The position numbers and the translations under genes were made by a program. The notes under the pieces were generated by a model. That model was not told the DNA's origin and searched no databases. It worked only from the letters and a program-made list of their open reading frames with translations. DNA of 20,000 nt from an uncultured virus (IMG/VR IMGVR_UViG_3300042569_001723) (lineage: Duplodnaviria; Heunggongvirae; Uroviricota; Caudoviricetes): the IMG/VR virus record IMGVR_UViG_3300042569_001723, positions 57,788 to 77,787 of that record. One strand, 5' to 3'. Position 1 is the stretch's first letter; the number at the start of each line of letters is the position of its first letter. This document shows, piece by piece, positions 16,588 through 20,000 of this stretch.

Positions 16588-17301
16588 ATGGAAAAAGATT
16601 TTAAACCCGTAAAAAGTGTCTACACCTCTAACTACGAGGCTATAAAGAGCATCATGTTTCTTTACAACATTGAAAGATTTGATTTAGATTGTACCTATTC
16701 TAAAGGTGCTTTTTGGAAAGATTTACCAGAACCTACTAACAAATCAGATTTGTATCCTTATAATGATACAGTGGTTGAGTGTAGTTCCGAAAACTTATCA
16801 TTTGAGGACGGTTCAATGAAAAGTATAATGTTTGATCCTCCATTTGTTATTGCTGGTAAGTCATATCGTGATAATAAAGAAGGGAGTTCTATTATTGCAA
16901 AGAGATTCGAGGGTTATGAGTCATATAACCACCTAAAAACCCATTATTATAACACATTGAAGGAATTGTACCGAGTTTGTGATAAAGGTGGTTACGTAGT
17001 CTTTAAATGTCAAGATACGGTATCTGGAGGTAAGAACCACTTCTCTCACGTTATGGTTATGAATATGGCCCAAGAGTTAGGGTTCTATCCGAGAGATTTA
17101 TTTATCCTAACATCAAACGTTCGTATCAATAGTTTTGGGACTAAATGGACTAAACAAGAACATGCTCGTAAGTACCATAGTTATTTTTGGGTATTTGAGA
17201 AGGTTAAACCAAGAGTGAAATATGATAGTCCTATCGAACAGGATTCTGAGGAGACCCTAGATACATTGCAACACGATCCCCTACTTTCCAACCCTCTGTA
17301 G
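16588..17301 (+). CDS. Putative DNA amino-methyltransferase (N6-adenine or N4-cytosine), orphan
   Basis: Motif I-like LDCTYSKGAFW precedes the catalytic motif IV SIMFDPPF; later ELYRV...GGYVVFKCQD and HARKYHSYFWVF. Confidence 0.75.
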   Translation: MEKDFKPVKSVYTSNYEAIKSIMFLYNIERFDLDCTYSKGAFWKDLPEPTNKSDLYPYNDTVVECSSENLSFEDGSMKSIMFDPPFVIAGKSYRDNKEGSSIIAKRFEGYESYNHLKTHYYNTLKELYRVCDKGGYVVFKCQDTVSGGKNHFSHVMVMNMAQELGFYPRDLFILTSNVRINSFGTKWTKQEHARKYHSYFWVFEKVKPRVKYDSPIEQDSEETLDTLQHDPLLSNPL

Positions 17302-17596
17302 TTCCTGCAGGAAACTCTATCACGTGGTCACCAATACCGGTGTAACGAGGTAGAGTCATTCTATGGGAATCTTCAACGGGACAATTGGGATGGATACGAT
17401 TGATACGATTATTTAAAACAAATACGATGTCAAGTGGGATGAGGCAATTCTTCATCCAAAATGAATGATGACCCTTACCCATCTTGAATACCATACAACC
17501 GTCCAATGAGTTTCTACCCATCATACCTCGACTAATGTCTTCTGGATTTGATAGGTATTCGGCTTGAAATGTTTTGTTGTTGATGTGTACTGACAT
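17231..17596 (-). CDS. DUF192-family protein
   Basis: AE...PE...RGMMGR..L.GCMVF, FWMKNCLIPLDIVFV, VIEFPAG......VGD. Confidence 0.85.
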   Translation of the reverse strand: MSVHINNKTFQAEYLSNPEDISRGMMGRNSLDGCMVFKMGKGHHSFWMKNCLIPLDIVFVLNNRINRIHPNCPVEDSHRMTLPRYTGIGDHVIEFPAGTTEGWKVGDRVAMYLGSPQNPVR

Positions 17597-17607
17597 AACA
17601 ATAATTA

Positions 17608-17639
17608 TTTGGAATTATCAAAAGAATTTTATATATTTG
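17608..17639 (+). promoter_or_regulatory. Bacteroidota consensus promoter TTTG-N20-TATATTTG
   Basis: Exact match to the -33/-7 consensus TTTG-N19-21-TAnnTTTG in the divergent intergenic gap; only 4 nt separate it from the ATG at 17644. Confidence 0.65.
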
Positions 17640-17643
17640 TTTT

Positions 17644-17910
17644 ATGGAAAAAATATTTGGTGGTCTAATCGAATTTGAAAACATAGATGAATTCGACCAA
17701 TTTGTATATGATATAGATAAAGAGTCCGCTTTAACAATAATCGGTAAGGCGTTGGACTTCTGTAATCAAAACAGAATGTTTAACTTAATGGAGGCCAATA
17801 CGTTATATAAATGTTTAATTAAATTAAAAGAAGATGCAAATCAGATTAAAAGAAATCATCTACATAATGATGATAGTGACGGGGATATTAGTTCAGAAGT
17901 ACGGTCTTAA
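17644..17910 (+). CDS. Hypothetical protein (88 aa)
   Basis: ORF directly downstream of the promoter; no recognisable motif. Confidence 0.65.
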   Translation: MEKIFGGLIEFENIDEFDQFVYDIDKESALTIIGKALDFCNQNRMFNLMEANTLYKCLIKLKEDANQIKRNHLHNDDSDGDISSEVRS

Positions 17911-18013
17911 AGGTGCTGACCCTGAATTAGTGAAGTATTTTGGATGGGGTAGTATATCATTAGGTTCATTTAACCTGGTGTTAGATTATTTTAGAAAACC
18001 TAAAAAGAAATAA
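17834..18013 (+). CDS. Small putative membrane protein (59 aa, MQIRLKEIIYIMMIVTGILVQKYG...FRKPKKK)
   Basis: Read by hand. Two hydrophobic segments and a basic tail; its stop lies 1 nt before the ATG at 18015 and it fills an otherwise empty gap of about 100 nt. Confidence 0.6.
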   Translation: MQIRLKEIIYIMMIVTGILVQKYGLKGADPELVKYFGWGSISLGSFNLVLDYFRKPKKK

Positions 18014-18014
18014 T

Positions 18015-18587
18015 ATGGCAAAATACACCAAAAAGTGGGACAAAGAGTTCACTAAAAAATATTCCGATTGCCTATCTCAATTGGAATCAATGGAGAAAGA
18101 ATTTAAAGAAATGGTCGAATCAAATCCTGATACATGGATTTCGATTTATCCCGAAACATCCAACATTGAGTTGGGGGAACAAAATGGTTTTATGGTTTAT
18201 GATTTTGGTAATGATGAAACTCCACATGTGGATATTCAACTATCAAGTTCAAATGGAAGTTTCAATTTCACATTTAGTGATTTAAAAGATTTGATTAGAT
18301 TCAGAGATGAGTTAATGAAATCAATTGATTCATTCAAAAGGGAACCAAAAGTTACTAAGGTTACAAGTAGTGACTTGGATGATTGTGATGACGAAGAGGA
18401 TGTAGAAGAAACCGAGTGGGAGATTAAAGCTGAGCAACCATTAACACAGTCATGGACCTATAGAGTTATGGCAAAAAGTGCATGTGCCGCAATTAAGAAA
18501 ATCGAAGATGGTGAAGAAGATGGTGTGGAACATAATGACGACAATGAGTATTATGACTACGGTGACATTGAATATGAAGCAATCTAA
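18015..18587 (+). CDS. Hypothetical acidic protein (190 aa)
   Basis: Clean ORF with a D/E-rich C-terminal half. Confidence 0.75.
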   Translation: MAKYTKKWDKEFTKKYSDCLSQLESMEKEFKEMVESNPDTWISIYPETSNIELGEQNGFMVYDFGNDETPHVDIQLSSSNGSFNFTFSDLKDLIRFRDELMKSIDSFKREPKVTKVTSSDLDDCDDEEDVEETEWEIKAEQPLTQSWTYRVMAKSACAAIKKIEDGEEDGVEHNDDNEYYDYGDIEYEAI

Positions 18588-18599
18588 AAAAGAAATAAT

Positions 18600-18890
18600 A
18601 TGGACTTAACAGTAGAAATGGAGAATTACAACAAGGTTAAAGACATTGTACTGAACAAATTAGTAAGTGAGGGTCTATTAGACAAAACCGATTCGGAAGA
18701 ATTTTCTGAAAGATGTCAGGTCTTAACTTACAAAGGTAAATGGTTTAGTAAATGGTTTGATAAAAATGTTAAATCAGAAGACACTAATGCAAATCCTAAT
18801 GGTTATTACATTCGTATAATTGAAATGAAAGAAAGAGAAGATGATGTTGATAAATTATTAAGAAGAACGACCGGCAACTACGATGAGTAA
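18600..18890 (+). CDS. Hypothetical protein (96 aa)
   Basis: ORF in the operon with an A-rich leader. Confidence 0.7.
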   Translation: MDLTVEMENYNKVKDIVLNKLVSEGLLDKTDSEEFSERCQVLTYKGKWFSKWFDKNVKSEDTNANPNGYYIRIIEMKEREDDVDKLLRRTTGNYDE

Positions 18891-19185
18891 TTATTTATTA
18901 ATTTTAGTGTTTCAAATTATGTTTAATATCTTCAAAGTCATGGAGATAAAATTTACATATGAGAATAATATTAAAAGTTTATTGGTTAATAGTTTTTGGA
19001 TAAGTCTTGTCTCATTGGGGGCAACATACTACTCACTAGATGGATTATTCAAAGGAGATTACTTAGGGGTTGTATTTTATATTGCTGGAAGTATTATTGG
19101 GAAATGGTTCGCAATGGTTCATTACGAAAAAATAAAAGATAAATTTAAACCATTCTTTAAAAGAAATGAAAAAGAAATATTATAA
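18883..19185 (+). CDS. Small integral membrane protein (about 3 TM)
   Basis: Hydrophobic segments YLLILVFQIMFNIF, LLVNSFWISLVSLGATYY and YLGVVFYIAGSIIG; basic tail. Confidence 0.7.
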   Translation: MSNYLLILVFQIMFNIFKVMEIKFTYENNIKSLLVNSFWISLVSLGATYYSLDGLFKGDYLGVVFYIAGSIIGKWFAMVHYEKIKDKFKPFFKRNEKEIL

Positions 19186-19360
19186 AGATTTTTTTATCTA
19201 TAAAAAGAGACATCATTGGTTTTTAATACCAACAATTGTTTTTTTTTACAATAAAACTGAATTTCTCGAGTCGGGCGTAACATCACCATCTTGGGGAATA
19301 ACTGTTAGGTGGTTAACATATATGATGGGAATACAAATACAACAAGGATATGGAAAATAA
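19166..19360 (+). CDS. Hypothetical protein (64 aa)
   Basis: Short overlaps with both neighbours, consistent with operon packing. Confidence 0.55.
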   Translation: MKKKYYKDFFIYKKRHHWFLIPTIVFFYNKTEFLESGVTSPSWGITVRWLTYMMGIQIQQGYGK

Positions 19361-19718
19361 AAAAGATTTTTTGATTAGAGTATTTGGTGGAGTGATTATC
19401 ATTGTCTTGTTAACAATAATTGCTATTAGACAACCACATGATATGATACCTCCACCAATTGAAACATGTAAACAAGATTCGTTACAAAATGTAATCAATG
19501 AGTTACAAATGGATTTGAAAATGCAATCGGATGGTTTTGATTCTAAAGAAAGAAGATATGAAGATGTCATATTTGAATATGAATATGGAATTGACCACTT
19601 AAAAAATTATCAACCACAAGCATATAGAGAGTTTCATAGAATTTTGTCTCACAAAGAAAATTTCAATAGACAAGACGAACAAGAAAATATAAAAAGATTG
19701 GAGACACCAAAATGGTAA
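19350..19718 (+). CDS. Hypothetical protein with an N-terminal membrane anchor and coiled coil
   Basis: [20 protein letters not shown] followed by [14 protein letters not shown]. Confidence 0.7.
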   Translation: MENKKDFLIRVFGGVIIIVLLTIIAIRQPHDMIPPPIETCKQDSLQNVINELQMDLKMQSDGFDSKERRYEDVIFEYEYGIDHLKNYQPQAYREFHRILSHKENFNRQDEQENIKRLETPKW

Positions 19719-19720
19719 GT

Positions 19721-20000
19721 ATGAATAGATTGGATTCAAAATATCAAGAATTATTACAAGACATTTTAGATAATGGAGTTATTAAAACTGATAGGACTGG
19801 CACTGGTACCATATCGGTATTTGGTCGTCAGATTAGACATAAAATGTCACAGGGATTTCCATTGTTGACAACGAAGAAAATGGCATGGAAGACAATGGTA
19901 ACTGAATTGTTATGGTTCCTCCGTGGTGACACTAACATCAAATACCTTGTTGATAATGATTGTCACATTTGGGATGGTGATGCTTATAAAAGATATGAGA
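19721..20000 (+). CDS. thyA: Thymidylate synthase (3'-partial)
   Basis: Hand translation: [51 protein letters not shown].....[17 protein letters not shown]....CHIW, the canonical ThyA N-terminus. An alternative in-frame ATG lies at 19712. Confidence 0.95.
   Translation, partial: MNRLDSKYQELLQDILDNGVIKTDRTGTGTISVFGRQIRHKMSQGFPLLTTKKMAWKTMVTELLWFLRGDTNIKYLVDNDCHIWDGDAYKRYE

Noticed and set aside
8849..19570. Short nested ORFs (8849..9040, 9320..9505, 12670..12861, 14682..14921, 15367..15591, 19313..19570)
   Set aside because: They overlap stronger CDSs and have no independent support.
19721..20000. thyA-like gene as a dCMP/dUMP hydroxymethylase feeding DNA glycosylation by the GT operon
   Set aside because: The visible part is canonical ThyA ([21 protein letters not shown]). 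The active-site region is outside the window, so this is unsupported rather than excluded.
1..20000. Stop-codon reassignment, tRNAs or mobile elements
   Set aside because: Genes are full-length and tightly packed under the standard code; no intergenic space or motif for tRNA, integrase or transposase was seen.

Overview
AT-rich, gene-dense segment that looks like part of a large tailed-phage genome, probably infecting a Bacteroidota host (TTTG-N20-TAnnTTTG-type promoters; A-rich, Shine-Dalgarno-free leaders). Three blocks are visible. (1) 1-7729 (+): a virion fibre/adhesin module. It has a >1065-aa fibre protein that runs off the left edge and carries two uninterrupted, proline-free Gly-X-Y (GSS/GTS) repeat tracts, two LamG/concanavalin-like proteins, a polyglycine-rich adhesin-like protein with its small partner, and several small ORFs. 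(2) 7730-16244 (-): a tightly packed glycosylation operon with a ribbon-helix-helix-like leader, two GT4 and four GT2-like glycosyltransferases, two SAM methyltransferases and an NDP-sugar epimerase. It is interrupted by four small ORFs, one of which resembles an isolated fragment of a T4 gp23-type major capsid protein. (3) 16335-20000: a small MGCGCKK protein, a DPPF-type DNA methyltransferase, a DUF192 protein, hypothetical and membrane ORFs, and the 5' end of thyA. The leading hypotheses are a phage-encoded system that glycosylates and methylates Ser/Thr-rich collagen-like virion fibres, and a stand-alone capsid-helix micro-protein. All family calls come from recognising motifs by eye; no searches were run.
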